Assembly: GCA_965199955.1 (NCBI GenBank)
Contig: CBDATQ010000002.1
Coordinates: 1,248,001 to 1,312,000, forward strand
DNA length: 64,000 bases
DNA from: Spirochaetia bacterium
GTDB lineage: Bacteria > Spirochaetota > Spirochaetia > SZUA-6 > Bin103
Direction: 5' to 3'
Part shown: in pieces, positions 12,548 through 22,249 of the stretch
How the letters are laid out: every line of letters starts with the position of its first letter
Position numbering within the stretch: the stretch's first letter is position 1
The notes under the pieces: model-generated
Database searches by the model: none
What the model was told of the DNA's origin: nothing
Seen by the model: only the letters and a program-made list of their open reading frames with translations
Position numbers and translations under genes: made by a program

Positions 12548-13446
12548 TAACTGATGCGATAGCCGCCGCGCGCCGAGAAACCGAGCCGCTCGTACAGGCG
12601 CAGCGCGGCCACGTTGCCGGTCTTGACGAACAGGCACGCCTGCTTCTTGTGGTGGAAGATGTCGCGCAGCAGCGCGAGCACCACGGTCGCGCCCAGGCCG
12701 GTGCGGCGGCAGTCCGGGGTGGTGAAGACACCGCCGATCTGGTCAACCTGGAAGCCACGCGTGTTGGTGGCGGCGGTGGCGACCGGACGTCCGCGGTGCT
12801 CCGCCACGTAGACCAGTTCGCCGCGCAGCGCCCGGCGCAGCCGCCTGCGGCAGTCGTCGCGGTTGAACCGTGCGGGATCGAGGACGACCTCCTCCAGCTC
12901 GTATGCTTCCCGCAGTGCCAACAGGCGCTCGGTGTCGCGGACCGTCGCGCGTCTTAGGTCGAGACCGTCGCCGCCGGTGCGCCCGGCCGGCAGCGTGCCC
13001 GCCGCTCCGCGATCCAGGGTCATGAGCACGTGGTCCACGCTCATGCGGGGACGCAGCCCCAGCAGCCGTTCCGCGCGAAGCACGTCGGCAGTTATCCCCA
13101 TGCAGGAGTGAAGCGTGCCGGAGGCGTGGATCCTGCCGCGCAGCGCGCGGATGTTCCGTGCGTTCCACGGGCGGATGCCATCCGCGCACGGCGGATCCTG
13201 CTCGTCCTCGAATGCCGCCAGCAGCAACCCGTCGCGGGCGCGCAGCATGACATCCGCGATCGTTCCGTCCCGGCGCGTCGCGTACAGGCTGAACGGCCTG
13301 CCCCGCAGGGGTAACGCGGACTCGCGCAGGTGGGCGGTGAGCGGCACGTATGCCCACTCGCGGTCGAGGAGCCGGTCGAGCACCGCGCGACGGTGGCGCG
13401 GCCCTGCCTCGATCCAGCGGCCGGTGTCCGGCCGCGCTGCGCTCAC
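12538..13446 (-). CDS. GNAT-family acetyltransferase (C-terminal FR47-like domain)
   Basis: QIGGVFTTPDCRRTGLG, LFVKTGNVAALRLYERLGF. Confidence 0.85.
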   Translation of the reverse strand: MSAARPDTGRWIEAGPRHRRAVLDRLLDREWAYVPLTAHLRESALPLRGRPFSLYATRRDGTIADVMLRARDGLLLAAFEDEQDPPCADGIRPWNARNIRALRGRIHASGTLHSCMGITADVLRAERLLGLRPRMSVDHVLMTLDRGAAGTLPAGRTGGDGLDLRRATVRDTERLLALREAYELEEVVLDPARFNRDDCRRRLRRALRGELVYVAEHRGRPVATAATNTRGFQVDQIGGVFTTPDCRRTGLGATVVLALLRDIFHHKKQACLFVKTGNVAALRLYERLGFSARGGYRISYYR

Positions 13447-15182
13447 GGCGACCCGTCCGCCAATCCGAAGTCGATGGGGAGCCGGCCTTCCGCAGGATAG
13501 TCGCCGGCCAGGACCGCGAGCCCGGCGCGGTACGAGTCGCGGCTTGCGCCGTAGACCGCCACCGCCGTCTGGACCCACGGCAGGTCCGCCAAGTAGACCG
13601 GCGTGAGTGCCGACACTACCAGGACGCGGTCCGCATGGGACGACAGCTCGGCCAGCACCTCGCCGCTGTTGTAGTTCATCAGCAGAAAGATGATCGCATC
13701 GTAGTCGCCGGCGAGGTTGCGCACTGCCACGCGGTCGCTCGGCCGCGAGGAATAGAACGGGCTGTACGGGAACCGGTGCGTGTCGGCCTGCGGGAAGCGC
13801 AGCAGGCCCTCCTGGAGGAACTCGTCGCTCTGGCCGATCAGCAACAGCCGCCGGGCCGGATCCGGTCGGAACGGGATGTGCGCGCCGCGGATCGCCGTGA
13901 CGCTGCGTGCCGCGCTGTCCAGGAAGAACTCGGCGGCTCCGGGCGCCGGTACGGCGGACTCCGTGTCGCGGGTCGGGAACAGCGGCACGGCGCCGGGCGA
14001 ACGGAGTGCGCGCAGCTTCACCGCCAGCACGCGTGCCGCGGCCTCCCGTACGCGCGCGCGGAACGCCGGATCGTCCATTCCTTGCCGCAGTACCTGCCAG
14101 GTCCGCTCCTGCAGCTCCGGGGTGTGGGAGACCAGGAGCAGGTCGTTGCCCGCCAGCATTGCCTGCTCGGCTGCCGCCGGCGTGTCGAAGGTGGTGTTGA
14201 GAGCGCCGCGCATCTCGAGGTCATCGCTGATCACCAGGCCGTCGAAGCCGAGCCGGTCGCGCAGCAGCTCACGCAGGAAGAACGGGGACAGGGAGGCCGG
14301 CAAGGCCGGATCGATGATGCGGGGATAGCCGACGTGGGCGTTCATGACCGCCTGCATGCCTTCGCGGAACAGCAGGCGGTACGGCACCAGGTCGCGGTCC
14401 CAGAGGGTTGCGAGGTCTGCGTCCGCGCTCGGGAAGACTCCGTGCGAGTCGCCGGCGGCGCCTCCGTGCCCGGGGTAGTGCTTGGCGGTGGCGATCACGC
14501 CGGCCGAGGCCAGCCCGCGATAGAACGCGACCGCCAGCAGCCCGGTCTGCACCGGGTCCGCGGCGAACGCGCGCGGGCCGATGACCGCGGCACCGGCGTC
14601 GGCATACACGTCGACGGTCGGCGCCAGGTTCATGTTGATGCCGAGCGCGCGCAACTCCAGACCGATGAACCGGCCCGTCCGATACGCGTCGTCGGGAAGC
14701 CCGCCGGCGCCAAGCGCGAGGTTGCCCGGCGTCTGCGACGTGGCGTCCTTGACATGGCGGACCCAGCCGCCCTCCTGGTCGGTGATGACGAGCAGGGGCA
14801 CCTGCAGGCGGGTGGATCGCGCCGCTTCCTGCATGGCGCCGACGCCGGCCGCCAGCTCCGTCAGCCCGTCCACGTTGCGGCTGAAGATCTTCACGCTGCC
14901 GAGGTGGCGCCGCTCGATCCACGTGCGCAGCTCGTCCGGGAAACCCGTTCCCCGGTAGCCGAGCGCCAGGATCTGGCCGAGCAGCTCCGAGTCGCTCATC
15001 GTTTCGATCAGGTAGGCGACCTGCTCATCGACCGGAGCGTCCCGCCAGAACCCGGCGGATCCCACGCACGGCGGCGACTCCTCCGGCCGGCAGACAACCG
15101 CGGGGTCGGGCGGCGCCGCGCAGAGGGAGAGCGCAGTCGTCAGCAGCGCCCCGAGGACGGCCGGCGTGCGTGGCGCCGTCAC
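13443..15182 (-). CDS. nagZ: GH3 beta-N-acetylhexosaminidase (NagZ type), exported
   Basis: TDQEGG, KHYPGHG-x4-DSH, ISDDLEM; N-terminal hydrophobic signal. Confidence 0.85.
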   Translation of the reverse strand: MTAPRTPAVLGALLTTALSLCAAPPDPAVVCRPEESPPCVGSAGFWRDAPVDEQVAYLIETMSDSELLGQILALGYRGTGFPDELRTWIERRHLGSVKIFSRNVDGLTELAAGVGAMQEAARSTRLQVPLLVITDQEGGWVRHVKDATSQTPGNLALGAGGLPDDAYRTGRFIGLELRALGINMNLAPTVDVYADAGAAVIGPRAFAADPVQTGLLAVAFYRGLASAGVIATAKHYPGHGGAAGDSHGVFPSADADLATLWDRDLVPYRLLFREGMQAVMNAHVGYPRIIDPALPASLSPFFLRELLRDRLGFDGLVISDDLEMRGALNTTFDTPAAAEQAMLAGNDLLLVSHTPELQERTWQVLRQGMDDPAFRARVREAAARVLAVKLRALRSPGAVPLFPTRDTESAVPAPGAAEFFLDSAARSVTAIRGAHIPFRPDPARRLLLIGQSDEFLQEGLLRFPQADTHRFPYSPFYSSRPSDRVAVRNLAGDYDAIIFLLMNYNSGEVLAELSSHADRVLVVSALTPVYLADLPWVQTAVAVYGASRDSYRAGLAVLAGDYPAEGRLPIDFGLADGSP

Positions 15183-15973
15183 GCAACGCCCGACAGCGTC
15201 CAGGACGGCCCGGAGAACTTCGTCAGCAGAGCCGTTGCGCGCTCGGTCTCCGCGGCGTCCAGGCGCGACGCTTCCACCGGCGCCAGCACAGCCGCAAGGC
15301 TTCGCCGAAGCCGGTCCACCACCTCCGCGAAGTCGGCGGGGCGACCAGTCTCCTTCGCAAGCCAGGACGCGGCGGCCGAGCCCGCGGCGGGCGCGGCCGT
15401 CAGGTAGCGCGCAACCCGCCGGAAGGTGTCGTCAAGCGGGATGGAGCCGTGCTGGAGCACCCCGTGACGGGTGACCATCTGCGCGCTGCCCACCAGCTTG
15501 CCGAACCGGCCCACCACCTCGTATTCACCCACCGCGCCGAAGCAGTCGGGATCGGCCGCTTCGCCGATCTGCGCCGGGTTGCGCCGGCAGCCAACTCCGA
15601 GCTCGGTCAGGGCGGCGAGCAACAGATCGCCGACGAACCGGTACACGGTACGTTTGCCGAACGGGCGCAGGTGGGCCGTGCCGAGCGCCACCGCGTACGT
15701 CACCTCCGCGGCATGCAGGACGGCGCGCCCACCGGTGGGCCGACGGACCAGGTCGACATCCTCCTCCCGAAGCCGCTCCCGGAGCACATCGGAGACCGGC
15801 TGAAAGCGCCCGATCGACAGAGTGGGTGGACGGAACCCGTACAGCCGGATCGTTGGCCGCCCGCCGGGCGCGGCGGCGGAGGCGGACAGCACCTCGTCGA
15901 CGGCCATGTTCCAGGGACCGTCCCCGGGTTCATGACAGATCAGGCGGACCGGACCGCCGTCGAATACGTCCAC
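15179..15973 (-). CDS. Lipoate-protein ligase family / LipM-like octanoyltransferase
   Basis: NMAVDE, VRRPTGGRAVLH, DCF, KLVGSAQ, LQHGSI. Confidence 0.88.
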   Translation of the reverse strand: MDVFDGGPVRLICHEPGDGPWNMAVDEVLSASAAAPGGRPTIRLYGFRPPTLSIGRFQPVSDVLRERLREEDVDLVRRPTGGRAVLHAAEVTYAVALGTAHLRPFGKRTVYRFVGDLLLAALTELGVGCRRNPAQIGEAADPDCFGAVGEYEVVGRFGKLVGSAQMVTRHGVLQHGSIPLDDTFRRVARYLTAAPAAGSAAASWLAKETGRPADFAEVVDRLRRSLAAVLAPVEASRLDAAETERATALLTKFSGPSWTLSGVA

Positions 15974-15995
15974 GCCCTGCTACAGTACACCGCCT

Positions 15996-17297
15996 ATGGA
16001 CGACCCGAAGAGGCGATATGCCCTGGTCGGGGCAGGCGGGCGGGGCCGCTTCTTCTACGAAGCGCTGGCGCGTGACTTCGCCGATCGCGCGCAGGTGGTG
16101 GCGCTCTGTGATCTCAACCGCACCCGGATGCAGTACGCCAACCGGGTGATGAAACGCCAGGCCGGAGGCGGCGAGGCGGCGCTGTACGGGCCGGACCGCT
16201 TCGAGGCGATGCTCGCCGAGCAGCGTCCCGACACGGTGATCGTCAGCACGATCGACCGCACCCATCACCGCTACATCATCGGCGCGCTCGACCGCGGTTG
16301 CGATGTCATCAGCGAAAAGCCGCTGACCATCGACCAGCACCGGCTGCAGGCCATCCTGGACGCGGTCAGACGGTCCGGACGTTCGTTGCGGGTCGCCTAC
16401 AACTACCGCTACTCGCCGCTTGCCACCGCGGTGCGCAGGACCGTCGCAGACGGGACCGTGGGCAGAGTCACCTCCGTGCACTTCGAGTGGCTGCTCGACA
16501 CCCGGCACGGTGCCGACTACTTCCGTCGCTGGCACCGCGACAAGCGCAACAGCGGCGGGTTGCTCGTGCACCTGGCATCGCACCACTTCGACCTGGTCAA
16601 CTTCTGGCTGGCGAGCGCGCCGGAGACGGTGTCGGCGTGTGGTGACCTGGCGTTCTACGGCCGCGCCAACGCGGAGGAGCGGGGAGAGACGCGCTTCTAC
16701 GCCCGTGCGCATGGCAGCGACGCCGCCGTGGACGATCCCTTCGCCCTGGACCTGGCCGGGAGCGATGCGCTGCGCGAGATGTACCTGCAGGCCGAGCACG
16801 AGGACGGCTACCTGCGCGACCAGAGCGTGTTCGGTGACGGCATCAGCATCGAGGACACGTTGGGTCTGCTGGTGCGGATGCGCAGCGGGGCGATACTGAC
16901 CTATTCGCTGACCGCCTACGCGCCATGGGAGGGATTCCGCCTCTCCGTGACCGGCACCGCCGGCCGGATCGAGGCACACCAGGTGGAGACGTCCTATGTT
17001 TCCGCCGGCGGCGACCAAGCCCACGAAGCGGCCGCGGCGAGCCGCCGGCTGCGCGTGCTGCCGATGTTCGGAGACGCCCGCGAAGTCGATCTGGAGGACG
17101 CGCCCGGCGCCCACGGCGGCGCCGATCCGCGCATGCTGCACGACCTGTTCGGCGAGCAGGCGGACGATCCGCTGTCGCGCGCGGCGTCGCACGTGGACGG
17201 CGCCAACGCGATCCTGACGGGCATCGCCGGCAATGTGTCGATGCGTACCGGCAGGGTCGTGCGCGTCGAGGACCTCATCAGGTGGTCGCCCCAATAG
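15996..17297 (+). CDS. Gfo/Idh/MocA oxidoreductase (YteT-like)
   Basis: VGAGGRG, SEKP, HGADYFRRWHR, SGGLLVH..HHFDL. Confidence 0.9.
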   Translation: MDDPKRRYALVGAGGRGRFFYEALARDFADRAQVVALCDLNRTRMQYANRVMKRQAGGGEAALYGPDRFEAMLAEQRPDTVIVSTIDRTHHRYIIGALDRGCDVISEKPLTIDQHRLQAILDAVRRSGRSLRVAYNYRYSPLATAVRRTVADGTVGRVTSVHFEWLLDTRHGADYFRRWHRDKRNSGGLLVHLASHHFDLVNFWLASAPETVSACGDLAFYGRANAEERGETRFYARAHGSDAAVDDPFALDLAGSDALREMYLQAEHEDGYLRDQSVFGDGISIEDTLGLLVRMRSGAILTYSLTAYAPWEGFRLSVTGTAGRIEAHQVETSYVSAGGDQAHEAAAASRRLRVLPMFGDAREVDLEDAPGAHGGADPRMLHDLFGEQADDPLSRAASHVDGANAILTGIAGNVSMRTGRVVRVEDLIRWSPQ

Positions 17298-17298
17298 T

Positions 17299-17405
17299 CG
17301 TCGCCTTCGGCTCCGGCTATTGGCCCAGTCCCGCCTTTCGCCCCGCTCAATACCGGAGCAGGCTGGAATTCCCGTCGCCTTCGGCTCCGGCTTTGGGCAG
17401 CCCGC
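17299..17405. repeat. Dispersed repeat, copies 2 and 3 (direct repeat)
   Basis: cgtcgccttcggctccggct identical at 17299-17318 and 17373-17392. Confidence 0.75.
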
Positions 17406-18081
17406 GCACGGCCGGCGCCGGCGGTCCCGGGCGGCCGAGCTCCGCTTCGCTCGGGCGCAGGTAGGCGGGGCGCGGAATCACGCGCCGGACCGCCTGCCGT
17501 GAGAAGCGCTGCACGCCGACGTCGAGCAGCGCTGCCGCGTCCGCCTGCCCGGCGCCGGGGTCCAGGGCGACGCCGTCGTCGCCATCCCATGCCACGTGCA
17601 GCCCCGGCGCCGCCGGACCGGTCAGCAGCACGGCCGGATAGGCGCGCAGGCGTTCCCGGATCCGGTCCGGGCTCTCGTCCAGGAAGCCGGTCAGGCGCCG
17701 GCCGGAGCGGTACAGCGCCGCGTACAACCGGCCCTTGCGGGCATCGACCAGGGGCACGACCACACCAGGGAAAAAGCGCAGGCGGTGGCCGGCGGCATCC
17801 AGTCCTGACACGCCGATCAGGCCGCGTCCGCCGGCGGTCAGCCCCAACGCGGTGGCGATGCCGATGCGTGTGCCCGTGAACGATCCGGGCCCGATGCCGC
17901 ACACCACCAGATCCACTTCGTCAGCCGCGACTCCGGCCTGTTCCAGGGCGCCGGCGATCAGCGGAGCCAGGCGCGTGCCGTGCTCCAGGCCGACGGAGAG
18001 CGAGGACACCACGGTGGCCTGAGGGGTCGAGACGCACACGCCCATCACCGGCGTGGCGCTGTCGAAGGCGACGGCGGTCAC
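17347..18081 (-). CDS. tsaB: tRNA threonylcarbamoyladenosine biosynthesis protein TsaB
   Basis: AFDSAT, GIGPGSFTGTRIG, DARKGRLY, PAYLRPSEAE. Confidence 0.93.
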   Translation of the reverse strand: MTAVAFDSATPVMGVCVSTPQATVVSSLSVGLEHGTRLAPLIAGALEQAGVAADEVDLVVCGIGPGSFTGTRIGIATALGLTAGGRGLIGVSGLDAAGHRLRFFPGVVVPLVDARKGRLYAALYRSGRRLTGFLDESPDRIRERLRAYPAVLLTGPAAPGLHVAWDGDDGVALDPGAGQADAAALLDVGVQRFSRQAVRRVIPRPAYLRPSEAELGRPGPPAPAVRGLPKAGAEGDGNSSLLRY

Positions 18082-18524
18082 GCCGGGCCTCTCACGCAGA
18101 TGGTCCGGCCTCCGCCGTCGGTGACCGAGAACTCCACCTGGATGGCATCCGTGATCGGCGGCTGCGCGTGCTCCGGCCACTCGACGACGGTGATCCAGGG
18201 ACCGTGCAGCATCTCATCCATGGCAAGCGATGCGTACTGGCCGGCCGTGGAGATGCGGTACAGGTCCACATGGTACAGCGTCAGACGGCCGCGATATTCG
18301 CTGACCAGCGCATAGGTGGGGCTGGTCACGTCGTCCGGGATGTCGAGGCCGCGGGCGAGGCCCTTGGCAAAGGTGGTCTTGCCGCTGCCCAGCGGACCGG
18401 AAAGCGTCACCACGTCGCCGGCACCGAGCGAGCGGCCCAGCCGCTCGCCGAGAGCTTCGGTCTCCGCAGCCTCCACCGTGTGATGGCGACCCGGTTCAGG
18501 GGCGGGCGGCAGTGAGTCGTTCAC
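18078..18524 (-). CDS. tsaE: tRNA threonylcarbamoyladenosine biosynthesis ATPase TsaE
   Basis: LSGPLGSGKTT, VTSPTY, HVDLYR, VEW. Confidence 0.95.
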   Translation of the reverse strand: MNDSLPPAPEPGRHHTVEAAETEALGERLGRSLGAGDVVTLSGPLGSGKTTFAKGLARGLDIPDDVTSPTYALVSEYRGRLTLYHVDLYRISTAGQYASLAMDEMLHGPWITVVEWPEHAQPPITDAIQVEFSVTDGGGRTICVRGPA

Positions 18525-18531
18525 GGGCCGG

Positions 18532-19215
18532 TCACCGATCGTGACCGTAGACGAAGCGGTGAATCCGGTTGCGGTGTGCGCGGGACAAGCGGGTGAACTG
18601 CAGGTGCACGACCGTGCCGGCCGGCCACTGAGGCCGTACATGGCGTGCCCGGCAGGTCGCGACGACCCGCGCTTCGGGACCCAGATCGAACTCGATGCGC
18701 GTCACGCTGGCGACCTGCAGGGGGGCGAGCCGCCAGATTGCGCAGCCGCCCGTCGACACGTCCAGGATCGTGGCCATGGTGCGTCGTGCCGGAGCCGGGG
18801 CAGGAGCCCGCGATGGCGACCCGAGGAGGTGACCGGGTGCCGCGACGAACGGGGTGACGATGCACGGGCGCTCCACCTGCCGCCGAAGTTGCCTGCGCCG
18901 CGGGTCGCCGGCGGCGTTGCGCTCCAGCCGCTCCTCGAGTCGGTAATAGCGCGCCAGCCGGCGTTGACGCTCGGGATCCGTCAGATCGGCCCGTCGTTCC
19001 GCCGTGTCGACGGCACGCGCCAGCACGGCGGCAAGGAGTTCGCGGTCGCCGATCAGTCGGACCGGGTTTCGAGTGCCGTTGCGGCGCGCCAGCCGGTCGA
19101 GCACCGCCGCATCGGCGGCGTCGATGCCGCCCGCGGCGGCGATGCGGCGCAGCCGGCGCCGCCGTGACCGTTCGCCGGGAGTGCGCGACCACACGGGAAC
19201 CGTTCGCGTCCTCAA
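18532..19215 (-). CDS. PilZ-domain protein
   Basis: RRRQLR (RxxxR) and DVSTGG (DxSxxG) c-di-GMP-binding motifs; start uncertain. Confidence 0.7.
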   Translation of the reverse strand: MRTRTVPVWSRTPGERSRRRRLRRIAAAGGIDAADAAVLDRLARRNGTRNPVRLIGDRELLAAVLARAVDTAERRADLTDPERQRRLARYYRLEERLERNAAGDPRRRQLRRQVERPCIVTPFVAAPGHLLGSPSRAPAPAPARRTMATILDVSTGGCAIWRLAPLQVASVTRIEFDLGPEARVVATCRARHVRPQWPAGTVVHLQFTRLSRAHRNRIHRFVYGHDR

Positions 19216-20318
19216 CCGGCGATGGCGGTCATGTAGCGGGCCGCGACCGGATCGTCGGGATCGATCTCCTGTACCGTCCGGAAGTAGCCCAGTGCGCCTT
19301 CCGTGTCTCCGCGCCGCAACTGCAGGACGCCCAGGTTGGAGATCACGCGTGTATCCTCGGGCGCAAGCTCCAGGGCCAGGTGCAGGCAGCGTTCGGATCC
19401 CGCCAGATCGCCGAGCTCCAGGTTGCAGATCGACAGCTCGTTGAGCGTGTCCACCTGCGGCTCGCCGAGCTGCAGCGCCTTCTCGAAGGCGACGCGAGCC
19501 TGCGCGTAGTCGCCGGCGCGGCGCAGGCCCCAGCCCAGCACGAACCAGCCGTTCCAGGTCTCGGGATGGTCGCGGACGAAACGGCGCGCGTGCTCGATAC
19601 CTTCTTGCTCGCGGCCGTCACGGATTGCCGTCACCGCCTTCCGGAAGAGGGCGTCGCCGAGCCCGGCGGCGTGGATCTCCTCGCGAAGAGAGCGCGCCTG
19701 CTGGAGCTTCTCCTCGTCCTTGCCGTACTTCAGGTACAGCTCCAGGTGCCGGCGGCAACTGTCGTGGTCGGCCATCTCGGAGTGGAAGAAGGCCAGGTTG
19801 AAGTGCGCATCCGGGAACAGCGGGTCGATGTCCAGTGCCCGGCGGTACGCGGTCAGCACTTCGCGGTGCCGGCGCGCGGCTTGGTCGCGGTCGTCGGCCT
19901 GCAGGGCAGACCGCACCCGTTCCTCGTAGGTCAGCGCCAGGTTCACGGCGGGCTGCGGGTTCTCCGGGAACAGGCCCGTCAGCGCCAGGAACAACTCTTC
20001 GGCCAGGTCCAGGTCGCCGTTGCGTGCCTTGAAGATCCCCGCTTCGGTGAGCTCCTCGTTGATGCCGGGGCGCGCAGCGCACACGAACCTCCGGAAGTAC
20101 GCCGCGTCGCGGTGCCCGGGACGGTAGGCCAGGACCTTGAGCATCCCGGCGATGATCGACTCCCAGGTGATCTCTTCCGGGTCGACCTCATCGGCATCGG
20201 TGTCCATCTCCAGCGGCAGGGGGATGCCCGGATCGATCGGGAAGTGGCCGACCCGCAGGTCGGGAACGTGGGGGAGATCGATGAAGACGACTCGTTCCAG
20301 GGGGTCGTTCCGGGGCAT
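19212..20318 (-). CDS. Tetratricopeptide repeat protein
   Basis: Repeated TPR helices (AYRRALDIDPLFPDAHFNLA; ALELAPEDTRVISNLG). Confidence 0.85.
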   Translation of the reverse strand: MPRNDPLERVVFIDLPHVPDLRVGHFPIDPGIPLPLEMDTDADEVDPEEITWESIIAGMLKVLAYRPGHRDAAYFRRFVCAARPGINEELTEAGIFKARNGDLDLAEELFLALTGLFPENPQPAVNLALTYEERVRSALQADDRDQAARRHREVLTAYRRALDIDPLFPDAHFNLAFFHSEMADHDSCRRHLELYLKYGKDEEKLQQARSLREEIHAAGLGDALFRKAVTAIRDGREQEGIEHARRFVRDHPETWNGWFVLGWGLRRAGDYAQARVAFEKALQLGEPQVDTLNELSICNLELGDLAGSERCLHLALELAPEDTRVISNLGVLQLRRGDTEGALGYFRTVQEIDPDDPVAARYMTAIAG

Positions 20319-20392
20319 CCTTGGACTGGTTCCTGTGCGCGGCCCGGTGGTGGCGTACAATGACCGCTCGACGAGCGTATCAGGAGAGGACG

Positions 20393-21418
20393 GTGGCGAA
20401 CTACTCGGTCTTCGGTGTGGGCAATCCCCTCATGGACGTGATCGGCCATGTGTCCCACGAACACTTGGAGCGTGTCGGCGCGCAGCCGGGGACGATGACG
20501 CTGGTGGACGGCGGACGCGCCGCGCGGATCGGCGCCGGTCTCGTGCAGCCCGGACGCCGGCCCGGCGGAAGCTGCGCCAACACCTTGCGCGGGCTCGCTT
20601 GGCTCTCCCGGCTGGCCCGGATGGCAGACGAAGCCGCGGTCCCGCCGCCGGTGATGACCGGCGTCATCGGCGACGACGCGATTGGCCGCGACCTCTCCCG
20701 GCGGCTCGAGGAGGCCGGGGTTGTCAGCAGGCTGAGCGTGCACCCACACCAGCCGACCGGTACCTCCGTGGTGCTGGTTACCCCCGATGGCCAGCGCACG
20801 ATGTTCACTTCCCTCGGGGCATGCCTGGAACTCTCGATGGATCATCTCGACCGGGCGGCGATCGCCGGCAGCGACTGCATCTATGCGACCGCTTACCTGT
20901 GGGGGCCACCCGGCGCGCGGCACGCGCTGACCGCCGCGGCGGCAGCGGCGCGCGCCGGCGGCGCCGCGGTCGCGTTCGACGTGGCGGACATGGGGGTGGT
21001 GGGCGACTGCGGCCATGAGTTGCTGGAGTGGATTCCGGGGTCGGTCGATCTGCTGTTCGCCAACGAGCAGGAAGCGCGCACGCTCGCCGGCATCGTAACC
21101 GGCTCACCGGCCGGCGGGGAGATCGAGCTGGCCTGCGCCGCCCTGGGTGAGCTGGCGCCTGCGGTGGTGGTCAAGCTCGGAGCGGCGGGATCCCTGGTGT
21201 GGGAGCGTGGAGCGATCGCGGCGCGCGCGCCGGGCTTGGAGGCAAGGGTCGTCGATACGACTGGTGCCGGCGACTCGTTTGCCGCCGGCTACCTGTACGC
21301 GACGCTCCGCGGACGTGGTGCCGGGGAAGCGGCGAAGCTGGGCAACCGCGTGGCGGCTGCCATCGTGGAAGTGGAAGGATGCGACTACCGGGCGGTCGGC
21401 GGCAGGCTTTCGTTCTGA
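20393..21418 (+). CDS. PfkB-family carbohydrate/adenosine kinase
   Basis: GVGNPLMD, GGSCANT, FANEQE, DTTGAGDSFAAG; RBS aggagagg before GTG. Confidence 0.9.
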   Translation: MANYSVFGVGNPLMDVIGHVSHEHLERVGAQPGTMTLVDGGRAARIGAGLVQPGRRPGGSCANTLRGLAWLSRLARMADEAAVPPPVMTGVIGDDAIGRDLSRRLEEAGVVSRLSVHPHQPTGTSVVLVTPDGQRTMFTSLGACLELSMDHLDRAAIAGSDCIYATAYLWGPPGARHALTAAAAAARAGGAAVAFDVADMGVVGDCGHELLEWIPGSVDLLFANEQEARTLAGIVTGSPAGGEIELACAALGELAPAVVVKLGAAGSLVWERGAIAARAPGLEARVVDTTGAGDSFAAGYLYATLRGRGAGEAAKLGNRVAAAIVEVEGCDYRAVGGRLSF

Positions 21419-21798
21419 GGATCGCCGGCCGCGGTTGGCGGCCCGGCCGGATCGGGTGCGGGTGAGAGCTCGGGCGCCGTTGCGCCATGGCCGGGCACGT
21501 CGCCGTCGATCAGGGTCTGATCGATCATCCCGATCAGGCGCGTGGCGATCTGCGCGGCGGCGTGCGAGTCCCGTTGTGTGTCCGACGCCGCCCGCTGCGC
21601 CTTGAACAATTCGTCGGTGATGTTGAGACCGGACACGATGGCCACGCGCAGCGAATCCGCCTGCGGCATGGCCCGCCGCGCCTCGGCCACGCGGCTGGAG
21701 AAGCGCTCGATGAGCTGCGAGAGGTGTTCGGTGGACTCGTCCGACTTGATCGTGAACCAGGAGCCCAGGATGTCTACTTCGGCAAGGTGCTTGGCCAC
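21385..21798 (-). CDS. zapA: Cell division protein ZapA
   Basis: VDILGSWFTIKSDE..LRVAIVSGLNITDELFK; position downstream of rplT. Confidence 0.8.
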   Translation of the reverse strand: MAKHLAEVDILGSWFTIKSDESTEHLSQLIERFSSRVAEARRAMPQADSLRVAIVSGLNITDELFKAQRAASDTQRDSHAAAQIATRLIGMIDQTLIDGDVPGHGATAPELSPAPDPAGPPTAAGDPQNESLPPTAR

Positions 21799-21829
21799 CG
21801 GTTACTGCCTCACCGCGGTGCCGGGTGCC

Positions 21830-22249
21830 TCAGTCTGCCCGACTATGTGCACCGGCTCCGAGTGAGCCCTGGCCTCCGAGTGAGCCCTGGCCCGTGCTGG
21901 CGGCCGTGGAACCGGGCGGGCTCGGTGGAGGATCGGGAGGAGCCGTCGCCTCCTCGGCCGCCACTTCAGACGCCGCCACTTCAGACACTGCCGGCGCATC
22001 GTCCTTCTGCATCTCCGCCCAGGCGTCTTCCAGGCCGTCGAGCTTGTTCAGCGTGCGCTGGATGATCTCCTCGACGTTCTGTTGGTCGCTGCGGACGTTC
22101 TCCAGTATCCCCTCCAGCTCTTGCGTGCGCGCTTCGGCAGACTCGAGCGACGCGCTGAGCGTGCGGTTCTGCGCGCGCAGGCGTTCGATCAGATCGATGG
22201 CGCGCAGCACGCGCGCCTCCAGGTCGGCGATCTGCTGCACGCGGATCAT
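21830..22249 (-). CDS. zapB: ZapB-like coiled-coil protein with low-complexity tail
   Basis: LEARVLRAIDLIERLRAQN..DQQNVEEIIQRTLNKLD; sits between rplT and zapA. Confidence 0.6.
   Translation of the reverse strand: MIRVQQIADLEARVLRAIDLIERLRAQNRTLSASLESAEARTQELEGILENVRSDQQNVEEIIQRTLNKLDGLEDAWAEMQKDDAPAVSEVAASEVAAEEATAPPDPPPSPPGSTAASTGQGSLGGQGSLGAGAHSRAD
21856..21986. repeat. Two in-frame tandem duplications (18 bp x2 and 15 bp x2)
   Basis: ctccgagtgagccctggc x2 at 21856-21891; gccgccacttcagac x2 at 21957-21986. Confidence 0.85.

Noticed and set aside
17299..17405. Mini CRISPR array
   Set aside because: Only two 20-bp copies separated by 54 bp, no cas genes, and one copy lies within tsaB
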